A stretch of 45,816 nt of DNA. It comes from a virus. Taxonomy: Duplodnaviria; Caudoviricetes. Position 1 is the stretch's first letter, and every line of letters begins with the position of its first letter. The stretch is from the IMG/VR virus record IMGVR_UViG_3300032225_000723, positions 1 through 45,816 of that record. One strand, given 5' to 3'. A program made the translations under genes and the position numbers. Below the pieces are notes generated by a model, which searched no databases, was not told the origin of the DNA, and saw only the letters and a program-made list of their open reading frames with translations. Below are positions 17,137 through 28,500 of this stretch, one piece after another.

Positions 17137-17783
17137 AAGTTTATAAAAAATTGTCAGAGGCACGTGTTGCCTTGCAGTCAAAGGAGTTGACCAAGTCAGG
17201 TCATAACAAGTTTGCGGGTTATAAATATTTTGAATTGGGAGATTTTCTTCCTGCGATTCAAGAAATTTTTAACGTTGTGGGCTTGGTTGATGTCATTTCA
17301 TTTACAGACGAAGTAGCAACGATGACCATCTACGCACATGAAGATGGTTCGTCAGTAACGTTTACATCGCCTATGGGTTCAGCCTCATTGAAAGGTTGTC
17401 ACGAGGTTCAGAATATTGGTGCGGTGGAAACCTACCAACGGAGGTACTTATATACGGTAGCGATGGCGGTGTCCGAGCATGATGCGCTCGATGCCACTAC
17501 AGGAGGAGTAGCCCCTGACCCAAAGCCAGTTAAGGCAGAGCCAAAAGCAAAGCCTGACACTGGGACTGCAAAGGTAATCGATACCGAACCTAGCCCCGAT
17601 ACCGTGTTGCTTGTTGATAGCCTGATTCAGTTTGGCGAAACATGCATTACGTTGTCAGAGTTGACTTCATTGTGGAAAGCAAACCAAGGTCAGATTGATG
17701 GTTTAAAAACTACGGCTAAGTCAGAGTACAAGAGACTGCAAGATAAGTTTGCAGAGTTCAAAGCAAAATTTAAGGAAGATTAA
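17133..17783 (+). CDS. ERF-family ssDNA-annealing recombinase
   Basis: KSGHNKFAGYKYFELGD, IGAVETYQRRY motifs. Confidence 0.88.
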   Translation: MKVYKKLSEARVALQSKELTKSGHNKFAGYKYFELGDFLPAIQEIFNVVGLVDVISFTDEVATMTIYAHEDGSSVTFTSPMGSASLKGCHEVQNIGAVETYQRRYLYTVAMAVSEHDALDATTGGVAPDPKPVKAEPKAKPDTGTAKVIDTEPSPDTVLLVDSLIQFGETCITLSELTSLWKANQGQIDGLKTTAKSEYKRLQDKFAEFKAKFKED

Positions 17784-17785
17784 TC

Positions 17786-18070
17786 ATGGAAAAGAAGTTT
17801 GAAAAACGTCCGAACAGTGGCGCATTGTTTGCGGTCAAGAGCAAAAAGAATCCCAATCAACCTGACTATCGTGGTGACTTGTTGATTGACCTCAATGCGT
17901 TCGAGGTTGTAGACAATCAAATTACGGTGTCGTTATCAGGTTGGAAAAAGCCAATGAGCGGTGGCAGTACTTTCCTTTCTTTGCAAGCACAAAAGCCTTA
18001 CGTTGCAGAGAACCAAGCACCACAACAACAATCTAACAATGGAGATATGGACGATGACATCCCTTTCTAA
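17786..18070 (+). CDS. ssDNA-binding protein (DUF736-like)
   Basis: NSGALF, PDYRG, acidic tail DDDIPF. Confidence 0.75.
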   Translation: MEKKFEKRPNSGALFAVKSKKNPNQPDYRGDLLIDLNAFEVVDNQITVSLSGWKKPMSGGSTFLSLQAQKPYVAENQAPQQQSNNGDMDDDIPF

Positions 18071-18380
18071 AAAAACAGTACCTGAGTTCCCTTTGAAAAA
18101 ACGTGGCAGACCAGTTGGCTCAAAAAACAAAGTTATTAGAAAAGTTGCTGGCAGAGAATTTGTTTTCAAGAAAAAAGACGCAGCGGCTACCAAGTCGTTT
18201 AAACGTCCTGTAACTCAGCAGCAAACAATTCTTGCAAAACTCCTTGATGATAATTTGCAGTTCATCAGCGACAACAAGAAGTTAGTTGACCGCATCAATA
18301 ATCTTGAGCACCAAGCAATTGGTTACCGAGCCGTTGTGTCTTACTTAGAAAACCAGTTAGGTTTAAAGGTGGCTCAATGA
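18054..18380 (+). CDS. AT-hook + coiled-coil protein
   Basis: KKRGRPVGSKNK; start placed after GGAG RBS. Confidence 0.6.
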   Translation: MTSLSKKTVPEFPLKKRGRPVGSKNKVIRKVAGREFVFKKKDAAATKSFKRPVTQQQTILAKLLDDNLQFISDNKKLVDRINNLEHQAIGYRAVVSYLENQLGLKVAQ

Positions 18381-18793
18381 ACGCACTACAGTTTGAATGC
18401 GTAAAGGTTGCCTTGAAACAAGACCGCACTGGATACGTTCTTACTGTAAGCGTTCACCCTGACGAAGTTCCCGAAGAGTTACTGCGGGACTTTGTTGGGG
18501 CTAGATACGGTGTTGCGATGGTTCGCATCCAAGATAACGAAACCGCCACTCCCTATAACAACAGGGTAAAAAAAGCGGGAATGATTTGCCGTGATTCTGC
18601 TTTTCGTTTGTGGTTACGTGAGGAGTGTGGTGTAGCCACAGTTCGCACAGAAGACGATGCAGTTGAATCTTTGTACAAGATTTGCAATATCCAATCTCGT
18701 ACAGAACTAAACGGCAATCATGATGCTCAACAAAAATTTGACGAAATGGTAGAAAACTATGAACGATGGAAAGAAAAAAGTGAGCCGTTTTAA
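18377..18793 (+). CDS. Conserved phage protein
   Basis: 138 aa coupled ORF; CNIQSRTEL motif. Confidence 0.7.
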   Translation: MNALQFECVKVALKQDRTGYVLTVSVHPDEVPEELLRDFVGARYGVAMVRIQDNETATPYNNRVKKAGMICRDSAFRLWLREECGVATVRTEDDAVESLYKICNIQSRTELNGNHDAQQKFDEMVENYERWKEKSEPF

Positions 18794-19079
18794 AACCGTC
18801 AAACAAAAAGTAATTTACTTACCACATGACTTGGCTGATAAGTTCGAGAAGTATTCGAGCAAAAACAAAATTACTCAGTCAAGACTTGTGTGTGAGGGAA
18901 TCACTATGCGAATGTCGGGAACAGAAGACCCGTTTAACGAAGGATTTAATCAAGGTTTAAACGAAGCGATGCGGATTGTCCGTGAAACTAAGGGGGCAAA
19001 AATGATGTTCCCATCAGGAAAATCTTTTGGCGAGTTGGTATGCGATGAGATTGACCGTTACATCAGGGAGAAGCCATGA
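18780..19079 (+). CDS. Putative ribbon-helix-helix DNA-binding protein
   Basis: KQKVIYLPHDLADKFEKYSSKNKITQSRLVCEGI RHH pattern. Confidence 0.55.
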   Translation: MSRFKTVKQKVIYLPHDLADKFEKYSSKNKITQSRLVCEGITMRMSGTEDPFNEGFNQGLNEAMRIVRETKGAKMMFPSGKSFGELVCDEIDRYIREKP

Positions 19080-19273
19080 CCGAACAGGACAAGCAACACC
19101 TTGAATGGCTTTACAGGGGTTTTGCCATGATGGGATTTGTAATGGCGAATTACCCAGTTGATGAGATTCCTACGTTATCCAAGGATTTGGCAAAAGCAAT
19201 GATGACCGAACCCGAAGAGTCAGGAATCATGGCAATTAAACCTAAGAAGAAGTACGTTCGTAAAGGAGATTGA
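19076..19273 (+). CDS. Hypothetical protein
   Basis: Coupled ORF; GGAG RBS. Confidence 0.65.
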   Translation: MTEQDKQHLEWLYRGFAMMGFVMANYPVDEIPTLSKDLAKAMMTEPEESGIMAIKPKKKYVRKGD

Positions 19274-19274
19274 T

Positions 19275-19457
19275 ATGTTTGAAACGATTGTTAACATTGG
19301 AATCATTGGACTTGCGCTTATCGGATTTGTTTTTGTAGGTTTCTTATGCTTTGTTTTCTTAGTACGTTGGTGGGTTATTTGGAATGAACTAAGAGAAAAA
19401 CGCAAAGAAGAACGTGAATCTAAAACGAGCGTAAAAAGCGATGACAAACTTAATTGA
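19275..19457 (+). CDS. Small membrane protein
   Basis: TM helix then basic tail; AAGGAG RBS. Confidence 0.65.
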   Translation: MFETIVNIGIIGLALIGFVFVGFLCFVFLVRWWVIWNELREKRKEERESKTSVKSDDKLN

Positions 19458-20352
19458 GTTTGGCGATTGCCGAGACATCATGAAACGTTGGATAGCCGAG
19501 GGGGTCAAGGTTCAAACTTGTATCACCTCGCCTCCTTATTTTGGATTGAGGGACTATGGACATGAACGACAGTTGGGCTTGGAAAATGATATTGGGCTTT
19601 ACGTTAGTAATCTTGTGGACGTGTTTAGGGACGTATGGAGCCTACTGTCTGATGATGGAACTGTTTGGCTAAATCTTGGGGACAGTTATTCTGGCTCTGG
19701 GAAGGGACCGAGTAAGAGTTTAAACGGTGAGCACCATGACATGGAACATAAACATTCCAAGATTGTTCCCAATGGTTTAAAACCCAAAGACCTTATCGGT
19801 GTTCCGTGGCGGGTAGCGTTTGCACTCCAAGAGTTTGGTTGGTACTTGCGCCAAGACATCATTTGGCACAAACCTAACCCTATGCCTGAGTCTGTACGTG
19901 ATAGGTGCACCAAGAACCACGAGTACATATTCCTGCTATCCAAAAATTCCAAGTATTACTTTGACAACGAGGCTATCAAAGAGCCTGTTAAAGAGGATTG
20001 GGGCACACGTGATAGAAGTGATGGCAAATACCATAACGAGGGCACAGGACTACAACCGCATAGCGGATTAGAGAAGTCCTACGAGATGGCAAATAAACGC
20101 TCTGTGTGGTCTGTAACAACCAAGCCGTTTGCTGGCGCACACTTTGCCACCTTTCCTCCCGAACTTATCGAGCCATGCGTTCTTGCGGGTAGCCGTCCCA
20201 ACGACATAGTGCTTGACCCTTTCATGGGTTCAGGAACTACCGCTGCCGTTGCTGACCGTTTAAACAGGCTATACCTTGGCTGCGAGTTGAATCAGGATTA
20301 CGAGAAGTTGCAGAAAGAAAGACTTAAACAACGTTCTTTGGAGTTGATATGA
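19441..20352 (+). CDS. DNA methyltransferase, beta-class (N4-cytosine/N6-adenine)
   Basis: TSPPY catalytic motif before DPFMGSGTT SAM-binding motif. Confidence 0.93.
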   Translation: MTNLIEFGDCRDIMKRWIAEGVKVQTCITSPPYFGLRDYGHERQLGLENDIGLYVSNLVDVFRDVWSLLSDDGTVWLNLGDSYSGSGKGPSKSLNGEHHDMEHKHSKIVPNGLKPKDLIGVPWRVAFALQEFGWYLRQDIIWHKPNPMPESVRDRCTKNHEYIFLLSKNSKYYFDNEAIKEPVKEDWGTRDRSDGKYHNEGTGLQPHSGLEKSYEMANKRSVWSVTTKPFAGAHFATFPPELIEPCVLAGSRPNDIVLDPFMGSGTTAAVADRLNRLYLGCELNQDYEKLQKERLKQRSLELI

Positions 20353-20651
20353 ACAATGAACCAGTAGCGTGGATGTCAAATGGAAAAGAGTTTTATGTTC
20401 AGAAAAATTACTGCCCTGACTTTATTCCACTCTACACCCATCCAGCAAAGGAATCAAAAGCAAAGGATAGGTTTTCTAACTATGAATCAATCTGTCTTCA
20501 ATGTGGCATAACAATTTATAAGCCAGCGTTTAATACGCTAACAGATGAGGAAATACAGGAAATAGCACATGGTTTTGAAGCAATAGGGTGGATGGGCGAA
20601 ACAACATACGAATTTGCTAAAGCAATACTAAGAAAGGCACAAGAGAAATGA
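20349..20651 (+). CDS. Hypothetical phage protein
   Basis: EPVAW...PLYTHP...LTDEEI...FAKAILRKA mosaic motifs common in phage. Confidence 0.7.
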   Translation: MNNEPVAWMSNGKEFYVQKNYCPDFIPLYTHPAKESKAKDRFSNYESICLQCGITIYKPAFNTLTDEEIQEIAHGFEAIGWMGETTYEFAKAILRKAQEK

Positions 20652-20989
20652 CTGAAGAAAAGGGTTGTAAAAAACACTTTGACAGTTGGCTAGACCGTCA
20701 GATTAAGCAGACCGAAAGATATTTAAAGTGGTTAAAGACTCAGCCTCATGACGTTGGGCGAGAGAAAATAGAACACTTGACTGAGAAAGAAATTAAGTTG
20801 GCTTACCGTGTTTGGCAAGTGGCTTGGGTTCTTGGGCAAAAGAATGGCAGACAACAGATGCAATCTCGTCAACCTATATCTGACCAAGAGATGAAAGACC
20901 TTTGGATTGAGTGCGGTCAAGGCAAAATATTTGGACGTGCAATCGAAGCGTTACATGGCATTAAAAGTTTTAAGGAAGAAGAGTGCTAA
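20648..20989 (+). CDS. Hypothetical protein
   Basis: Coupled ORF; FGRAIEALHGI motif. Confidence 0.65.
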   Translation: MTEEKGCKKHFDSWLDRQIKQTERYLKWLKTQPHDVGREKIEHLTEKEIKLAYRVWQVAWVLGQKNGRQQMQSRQPISDQEMKDLWIECGQGKIFGRAIEALHGIKSFKEEEC

Positions 20990-21456
20990 TAAAACTATCT
21001 TCATCTGAGATGCGTTTATGTAAATTGATTGGGTCAATGCGCTATGCCACAACCAGTGATGTCTGTGCCGAGCAGATTCAATCGGATATGAATCCGCTTG
21101 AGATTGTGGTGGACGGTGTCATTGGGGAGTATTGCGTATCTAAGCATTTAAATTTGCACTTTAGTTTGGACACAGACCTACGTGAATGGGGCGCTGACCT
21201 TGTGACTTATCAAGGTAAAACAGTTGATGTTAAAAGCACCCGTGCAAAAGGTGGTCGTTTAAACGCTACAAAGAGCAGCGATAAAAAGAATTACGACATC
21301 TACATTCTTTGTGAACTCAATGATGAGGGTGCAGATATTGTGGGTTGGATTACAAGGGATTCGTTCATCAAGCCTGACAACATTGTGATGGGTAAACGTG
21401 GCGAGTATTACGCAGTGGATAGAAGTAAATTAAAAACAACCTTTACAGGAAATTAA
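20983..21456 (+). CDS. Putative PD-(D/E)XK nuclease-fold protein
   Basis: GVIGE...ADLVTYQGKTVDVKST. Confidence 0.6.
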   Translation: MLIKLSSSEMRLCKLIGSMRYATTSDVCAEQIQSDMNPLEIVVDGVIGEYCVSKHLNLHFSLDTDLREWGADLVTYQGKTVDVKSTRAKGGRLNATKSSDKKNYDIYILCELNDEGADIVGWITRDSFIKPDNIVMGKRGEYYAVDRSKLKTTFTGN

Positions 21457-21458
21457 AA

Positions 21459-21779
21459 ATGAGAAAAGAACTTTATTTGGTCGTGGGATTTTGGTTAGTG
21501 CTTGCTTTCTTTTTATTAGGAAGTGATAGAGCAAAGGCTCAGAACACCACGTTTTACACAAACCAATATGGCGCACCCATAGGTTCAGCCACTACCAGTG
21601 GTAATACCACGTTCTATACAAATCAATATGGTGCTCCAGTTGGAACGGCTACTACTAGCAATAACACTACGTTCTATACAAACCAGTATGGCGCTCCAGT
21701 AGGAACTGCTATCAATAACAATACACAACCGCAGACTCAATCGTTTCCACAACCTTACGTTGGGAGTACTACTCGATGA
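21459..21779 (+). CDS. Secreted protein with three 19-aa repeats
   Basis: Signal peptide (AKA/Q) then NTTFYTNQYGAP(I/V)G(S/T)A x3. Confidence 0.75.
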   Translation: MRKELYLVVGFWLVLAFFLLGSDRAKAQNTTFYTNQYGAPIGSATTSGNTTFYTNQYGAPVGTATTSNNTTFYTNQYGAPVGTAINNNTQPQTQSFPQPYVGSTTR

Positions 21780-21937
21780 GTGAAAAGATTGGCATTCCTT
21801 TCTATGGTTATCTTGACATGGAAGATACAGAAAACATGTTGAGAAAGCAAAATGAAATCTTGCAGCGGGAGATAGACCGTTTAAACGCAGAGGTAATGAC
21901 GTTGCGAAACGAACTCAAGGAGTTAAAAGATGACTAG
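21776..21937 (+). CDS. Small coiled-coil protein (53 aa)
   Basis: Hand-translated MSEKIGIPFYGYLDMED...; ATGA overlap. Confidence 0.6.
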   Translation: MSEKIGIPFYGYLDMEDTENMLRKQNEILQREIDRLNAEVMTLRNELKELKDD

Positions 21938-22274
21938 TTATTGTGAGATTCATACCATTCGTTATGAGGGAATGGAATGCCCCTTTTGTTTTAAAGAGGC
22001 AACAGGAAGTTTTCCAAAAACAATTAACGTGGGAGATGGCGAGGCTACTATGACTTTCCATGACCCAGTGAATCATCCAAAACATTACACATCCCATCCA
22101 TCAGGGGTGGAGTGTATTGAAATAACAGAGCACTTAAACTTCTGTTTAGGTAATGCAATGAAATACATTTGGCGAGCGGGTGAGAAAGACCAAGCCAAAG
22201 AAGTTGAAGACCTTGAAAAAGCATCTTGGTATTTAATTCGTGAGATTGAAAGACGGAAAAAAAGTGGCAACTAA
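21930..22274 (+). CDS. DUF3310 (SaV-like) domain protein
   Basis: DPVNHPKHY...ECIE...GNAMKYIWRAGEK...EDLEKASWYL. Confidence 0.88.
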   Translation: MTSYCEIHTIRYEGMECPFCFKEATGSFPKTINVGDGEATMTFHDPVNHPKHYTSHPSGVECIEITEHLNFCLGNAMKYIWRAGEKDQAKEVEDLEKASWYLIREIERRKKSGN

Positions 22275-22536
22275 AGATGAGAAAAAACATTTCAGACGAG
22301 TCGCAGAACTTGGTTGCATTCTCTGCTGGCACATCGGCTACGATGGAACACCCTGTGAAATACATCACATTAGAAGAGGTGGTAGACGAGACGATGCGCC
22401 TGTTATCGGACTATGCCCCGAACACCACCGTGGAAACACGGGAATCCACGGGTTAGGACGTAAAGGCTTTGAGAAAAAATGGGGAACAACAGAAGAAATT
22501 CTGTTGGGCTTCACCAATCATTTACTTAAACTTTAA
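22264..22536 (+). CDS. Ref-family (recombination enhancement) HNH nuclease
   Basis: VAELGCILC...EIHHIR...IGLCPEHHRG...GIH. Confidence 0.8.
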   Translation: MATKDEKKHFRRVAELGCILCWHIGYDGTPCEIHHIRRGGRRDDAPVIGLCPEHHRGNTGIHGLGRKGFEKKWGTTEEILLGFTNHLLKL

Positions 22537-25500
22537 TCAAATTGCTTTCGTAGCATTTTGATGCGAGCAGTAATGGCAACTTGACGGTCATGAATAGCAT
22601 CTAGCGCTTGACGTTTTGCATCTGCATCTATTGTGGTGGAGTTGGTAATGGCAATTTGCATTTGACGTAAACGTTTCATGTCCTTGTCAATTAAATTGAC
22701 ATAATTCTTTAAGCCATATAGTTTGCCGTGGTCTTGCAGATACTCTTTTAAATCTTCGTTATTGCCAGTGCGCTCCAAGACATTCATAGTGCGAGTGATT
22801 TGGTCAATCTCGCTCTTCATATCATAGTAAGCGGAGACTGTGCCCGAATCGGAGGCAAAGAATCGCTTAATCACAGGCATCTGCTCTAGCCTCATACTAG
22901 CCTTAACAGGGTCACCTTGTCCACGATAAACTGCATCTAGCAGTTGCATTGCATAAGTACCCATTGTTCCTGTGTAGCCACGGATAAGGTTCTCAATCTT
23001 GATAGGTGAAGTTCCTGTCGCTGCCCCCAAGTCTTTAACGAACTGGGAAGTACCCGCATTGGATTGAAACTGAGGCGCAACGTCTTCCATGCCACGTCCA
23101 ACCACTGGCTCACCAGTAAAGAACGAGTAGTTGGCTACGTTCTCTACAATTGGTACGAACGCTTGTGGGATTGGATTGAACTGCAAGGTGCTCATTGCAT
23201 TGCGGAACAGAGCCTCTTTTAAATCTTTGCCTGTATCGTTTCCAAAAGCGGTTTCAAGCACACGCTCTGGCAGTACTTTAAATACCACACCCAATTCAAA
23301 TGGGATTGGGAATCGGAAAGGCTTGCCGTTGATAGACAGTGCTGGAACAATCCAGTAGTTATCACGCTCTTCTTTGTTGAGTTTTTTGTACTCATCATCG
23401 TCAGAGACCATGAACCAGTAAAGCATGGACATGCCCATCATTGTCAGGGCACGAGAGGCAAATGCTTTCTTCATTACGTCTGCATTTTCGGTAGCCATTT
23501 TGCCCCAACCCGAACGGTAGAGAATGTCAAGACCTTGAACACGTGCGTTAAAGAACGGAACCATTGCTGACAGAACACGGATAACTGCGTTGTTACCTTT
23601 GCGGGAGAAGTTAAGAACTTCCATTGCTTGGTAGAATGCTTCTGCTTCGCTACCAGTACGCTCAAGGGTGCGTTTATACACCTCTGCACGAGTTGCCATA
23701 TCCGATGCATGTGAGCCATGTTCCAATGCATCCCAAAATGCAGTCAGTGGTAACAGGGCTTTTTCTTGCGAGGTTCTTGCGCCACCACGTTTACGGAGTT
23801 CTTTCTCTACCATCTTAGCGGTAGAGGCAACGTCACCTGAGAAGTCATAGCCAGTTAAACCAGCACGAGCCAAAGCAGATGCTTCAGGAGATTGGTTTGT
23901 CAGCGTCTTTGTAAACTGTTTAAACGTATCAACGATAGGAGTCATGCCCGTACCGCTGGTAATCCACGCTTGCAATGAGTCACGACCTAAGTTAGCAATC
24001 ATAAAACCGGGGTCTTTGGTCACAAAGTTACGCAACAAATTGGCTGGAGCGGCAAGCCAAGATAGGAATTCCATCTGAGGAAGGTTTAAACCCTTCATAG
24101 ATTCCACCAGAAGCGGGTCAGCAACTCGGTAGTACTTGGTCAAACCTTTTTCTTTAACGGTAACAATGTCTGAACCAGTAACTCCAAGCGGAACTTCTTC
24201 TGCTAACTCCATGCGTACGGCATCACGTACGACTCTATTGGCGGCTTCGTTCTTCATGCCAGCCTCAATTGCGGCACGTGCGTTACGAACGATAGTCTCC
24301 ATGAAGTCAGCCAATTCAGCCTCGCCACCCTTGAGTTTCTTAGGTTTAGCGACACCAGCAAGGGCAGAGAACACACGAGGACCAGCCGTTGTTTCGCCAT
24401 CCAATTGACGGTAGAAAGGAATGTAATCCCAGTTTTCAGTCCACAGTTTTGCCTCTTTGTCAGAGATAACTCCTGTGTCTTTCATGTAATTGACCAAGCC
24501 TTGGTTGTACTTTTGATACTCGTTGAACACGTCCTTGAACTCAGGGAACTGTTGTTCTAACTTGTTGCCGTAATCAATGTCTTCTTTGGTAAACAACTGC
24601 TCACGACCATCAGCCAATAGACGTTTACCACGTTTTGTGCCAGCGTAAAACTGGAATGCTTGGAAGATGTCAGGATTGTTGTACTGCATCAATGGCTCAA
24701 GGATTGGAATCAAACCTTTAACTTTGCCATCCAAATCGCTTACATATGTGTAGCCCTTATCGTAGACAGGCACACCATCACGGAAAGAAGATGCCGCAAC
24801 ACCAGCCGCACGGTCAGATTGGAGGGCAGCCGCAATTGCAGAGTTCTCAGCCAACAACTGGTCAGCACCAAACTTCTCACCAATTGCTCGGCTTAAACGC
24901 TCAATGCCTTCATACTTGTTAAGGAATGCCTGACGGAAACGAGCAATAGCCGTAGGAGAAATGGCATCCATCAACCGTTCTACAAATCCTTGTTCTACTC
25001 GTTTATGGGTAGTCGCATTAATGCGATTCTGGATAGCAGGGTCAATGTTTAAACTTTTACGTTGAAAACGGATGTCTGCGTCTTCGGTAGGCTTTTGATT
25101 AAACGCAGATTTAATTTGGTTTGGCTTGAATGCCACCCAATCTCTGCCATCCTTCATGCCATCATATCCACCAGCCTGTATGACTCTTGTCATCGCATCT
25201 GTTGGAAACGTAATATTTGGGAATCGCCCTTGCTTAAAAGTCGCTACCTTTTCATTAATCCAGCCATCTCCAAGTGTTGGATTGTCTGCCCTTAATTCTT
25301 TTTCAAACTGCTCAACCATTGCTTGGGTGTGCACAGTCTTTTGTCCATAAGGGTATGGCTTTTTAATGCTCAAGAACGCTGGAATAATTTCTGCGCCTTC
25401 TTCTGCGCCAGCATATCGGTTCGCATCTTCAATGTCATGGGTAAAGTAATACCCATCAGGATTGCCAGTTCTATTTTTCTTAGGCGATGGTTTAAATTCA

Positions 25501-28500
25501 TTGCCTTCAAAGTTTGATGTTGCGTGATAAACCGCCAATGGATTGCCATCATTGTCTACAACTTTGCTGTTACCAAACCAGCGTTTAAACTCAGTAGTCT
25601 TTGGCGCTCTTAGTTGGAACTGCTCCCCTTCTTCGGCTGTTCCTCCAGTTGTTCCTTCGCTTGGCTTGTTCCATCCATATTCTTTTCCAAACTCTTCGGC
25701 AATGGAGTCGTAATCCTTGCGCCAATTGTCAAGGGTTGGTTGTATATCGGTGAGTTGTCGGGGGCTAAATCTTTCAAGGTAACCTTTGCCATCTGGATTT
25801 TCCTTCCAATTGTTGTATATGTAAGCGCTCTCAGCACGGAATGGGGTAATCGTAAACTCTACTTTATCACCACCGAACTTCTCTAGGGCAGTTTGTAATG
25901 TATCAATGTATGGCGCATCCTTCATAAAGAATGGTTTGCCATCATCTCCACGGAAATTAATAAAGTCAAATGAGTTGTCTACACGGGTAAATCCAACACC
26001 CGGCATCACCTCATCAAGATGTTTAAACAGGCTTTCTTCAAAGTCTTGGGTAATGTCCTGATTAACTGTGACCTTGTAACCTTTGCTTGCCATTTTGCCA
26101 CTGGCAGTTGGGTCAGCACGATACCAAGGAACTGCATCTTGTTTGGTTACGTAGCCAATAATTGCGGCAGTCTTGTCTGCAACGTCAGTAACGTGACCTT
26201 TCTCGTCCTTAGTTAGAACAAGTTTAGTGATGACGTTAGGGGCAATTTGGTTCTCGTAAGCACCAATAGAGTTTTGACTGCTGTAGAGTACGCCTTCGTT
26301 AAGCAGTTTAAATATCTTACTTTCGCCATCTTCGGTTTCAAAGATGTTGCGAACTGCACGATTGAACTCATCTTGTTGTTTGCGAGGCGCATTGTGGATG
26401 CCTTGGAGCATATCAATGCTGGTCGATGGGCGAGATTCCCAAGTAATGTTAGCCGTTGCACGGTTTACATAGTCAGAAAAATCGAGGGAGTTAGGTTTGA
26501 AATCCTTTTCCTTGCCTTCTGCTTTGGCTTTTTGATATTCAGTTGTGTTTTTAATGTATGTCCACAGAACGGCTTGAATTTGACGTGGCAATAGTTTCTC
26601 GCCAGCCTGAGTCAGATTGCCTTCCTTGTCATACTTGGCAGTACGCTTTTCATTGGCATCAGCAATTCTGCGAATCAAGTCTTTTGCGTACTTATATTGG
26701 GTAGCGGAAACAGAATTAGCCCCGCCTTCTTCCCTGTCTTCTGAATGAGGGTAGCCAAACAAACGCATCATCCAACGGTCAATCGTGGATGCATCCTCAA
26801 AAGTATCTGTTTTAAACGTGCCATCGTGCAAGTTTTGGTAGAAGTTCATCAACTTGTCTTCTACACCAGCAAGGTTTGTATTGAATTCTTTAGCCTTAAG
26901 AATTTCAGGGATGACTTTGGCGGTTGTCTCAGGGAAACGACCAGCATAGGCGGTAATATCACCTTTAGCCAATTGAGCCATAGACTTAATCACGGCAGTG
27001 ATGTTGCCACCTAGACTGTTTGCCTGTGAATATAAAGCGGTCAGACGAACAATCTTTTCCATCAAGTCTTTGTCGCCATGAGCAATATCAGCAATAGAGT
27101 CACCACTGCGTTCATACCAATCTTTGGACTTATCATACATAGAGTATGGGTGCTCAAGGAGGTTAGTCATGCGTTTGACTAAAGCGGTACGGTCTTTAAC
27201 GGTACGTGCATCAGGAGGCGCTCCAACAAGGTTGTCACCAATCTTGCGAATGGTTTCCTTTTGAAACTTCTCTTCCTCTGGTACGGCTTGTGGTTTTGGA
27301 GCCTTAATCTTGGCTTCGCCACGTTCAACCTTTTGGAAAATATCTTCTGCGGATTTAAAGCCGTTGAGTTTAAATGCGTTCAGCAGCGCCTTGAACAAGT
27401 CTGATAGACGTTTAAACAGGTTACCAATTAACCCGGCTGGCGGTGAAGTTCTAGAATAATTTGCAAACGCTTCGGCAATTGCTTCTTCAGCAATGAAATC
27501 ATCAAACCCTTTGAGACCACCAGTACGTTCTTTAAAGTCAGCCTTGTAAGACTCATAGACATCAGGCTTGATGTATTGCTTAATCCAATCGGACTTGGCT
27601 TTGTTCTTTAAAGTGTTCCATTCGCCATCTGTAAATGCACCTAGATTCTTAAGCGCATGGATGGATTCATGGCGCAAAGTACCCATTGGGTTTTCAGCAT
27701 TGTAAGCAATCTTGATGAGTTCACGAACGTAAGACCCGTCAGCCTGTCCGTCTGCAATGCTTTTGACAATGTTTAAACCGACACGCTCCAAACCAAAACG
27801 TTTTAGAGTTGGTAATAGCGACTGACGAATCTTTTCAAAGTTCTCTTCGACCTTTGGTGTGTACATGCTGGCACGGACTTCAATGCCTTTTGGCGCATTA
27901 CCAGCACGTCTTTCAAGTTCTTTTTTAGCGTAAGCGGCATAGCGCTTTGGCAAAGTACCTTTGGTGGTAGGGGCAGTATCAATAATTTGCTGGAGCATAT
28001 CGTTGCTCACAACAAAGTCACCGTCCTTATTCTTACGCATTAAACCAAACTGTTCAGCCAAATCCTTTTCTTTAAAGGAGGCAACTGGCTTGCCTTCTTC
28101 ATCGTAGAAAACATGCTTTTTGTTTACAACAGGCTTCTCGCCCATTGGCACAACCTTTAATGGGTTGGTCAGATTCTGAATTTCTTTCTCGTGGAACGCA
28201 ATCTGAGCCTGTGCTTTACGAATCCGAGCACCCATGTCAGCAGATAAGGCATCGTGGGCTGGAGTTCCAAAATAGCCTTGGGACTTATTGATGTCCAAAG
28301 CGGTGTTCATGCTTTCAATGGCTTTGTTTAACTTCTCTACCTTATTACGGATAGGTTGAGCCAACTTCTCATTGATTGCCGCATGCTTTATAGAAGAGGC
28401 TTGGGCTTCTTCGGGTGTTTTAACACGGTCAAGAGTGACGCTACCGTTCTTAACTTCGTAGTTTTCTGGGACAACTCCCTGTTTAAACTCTTGATTACGG

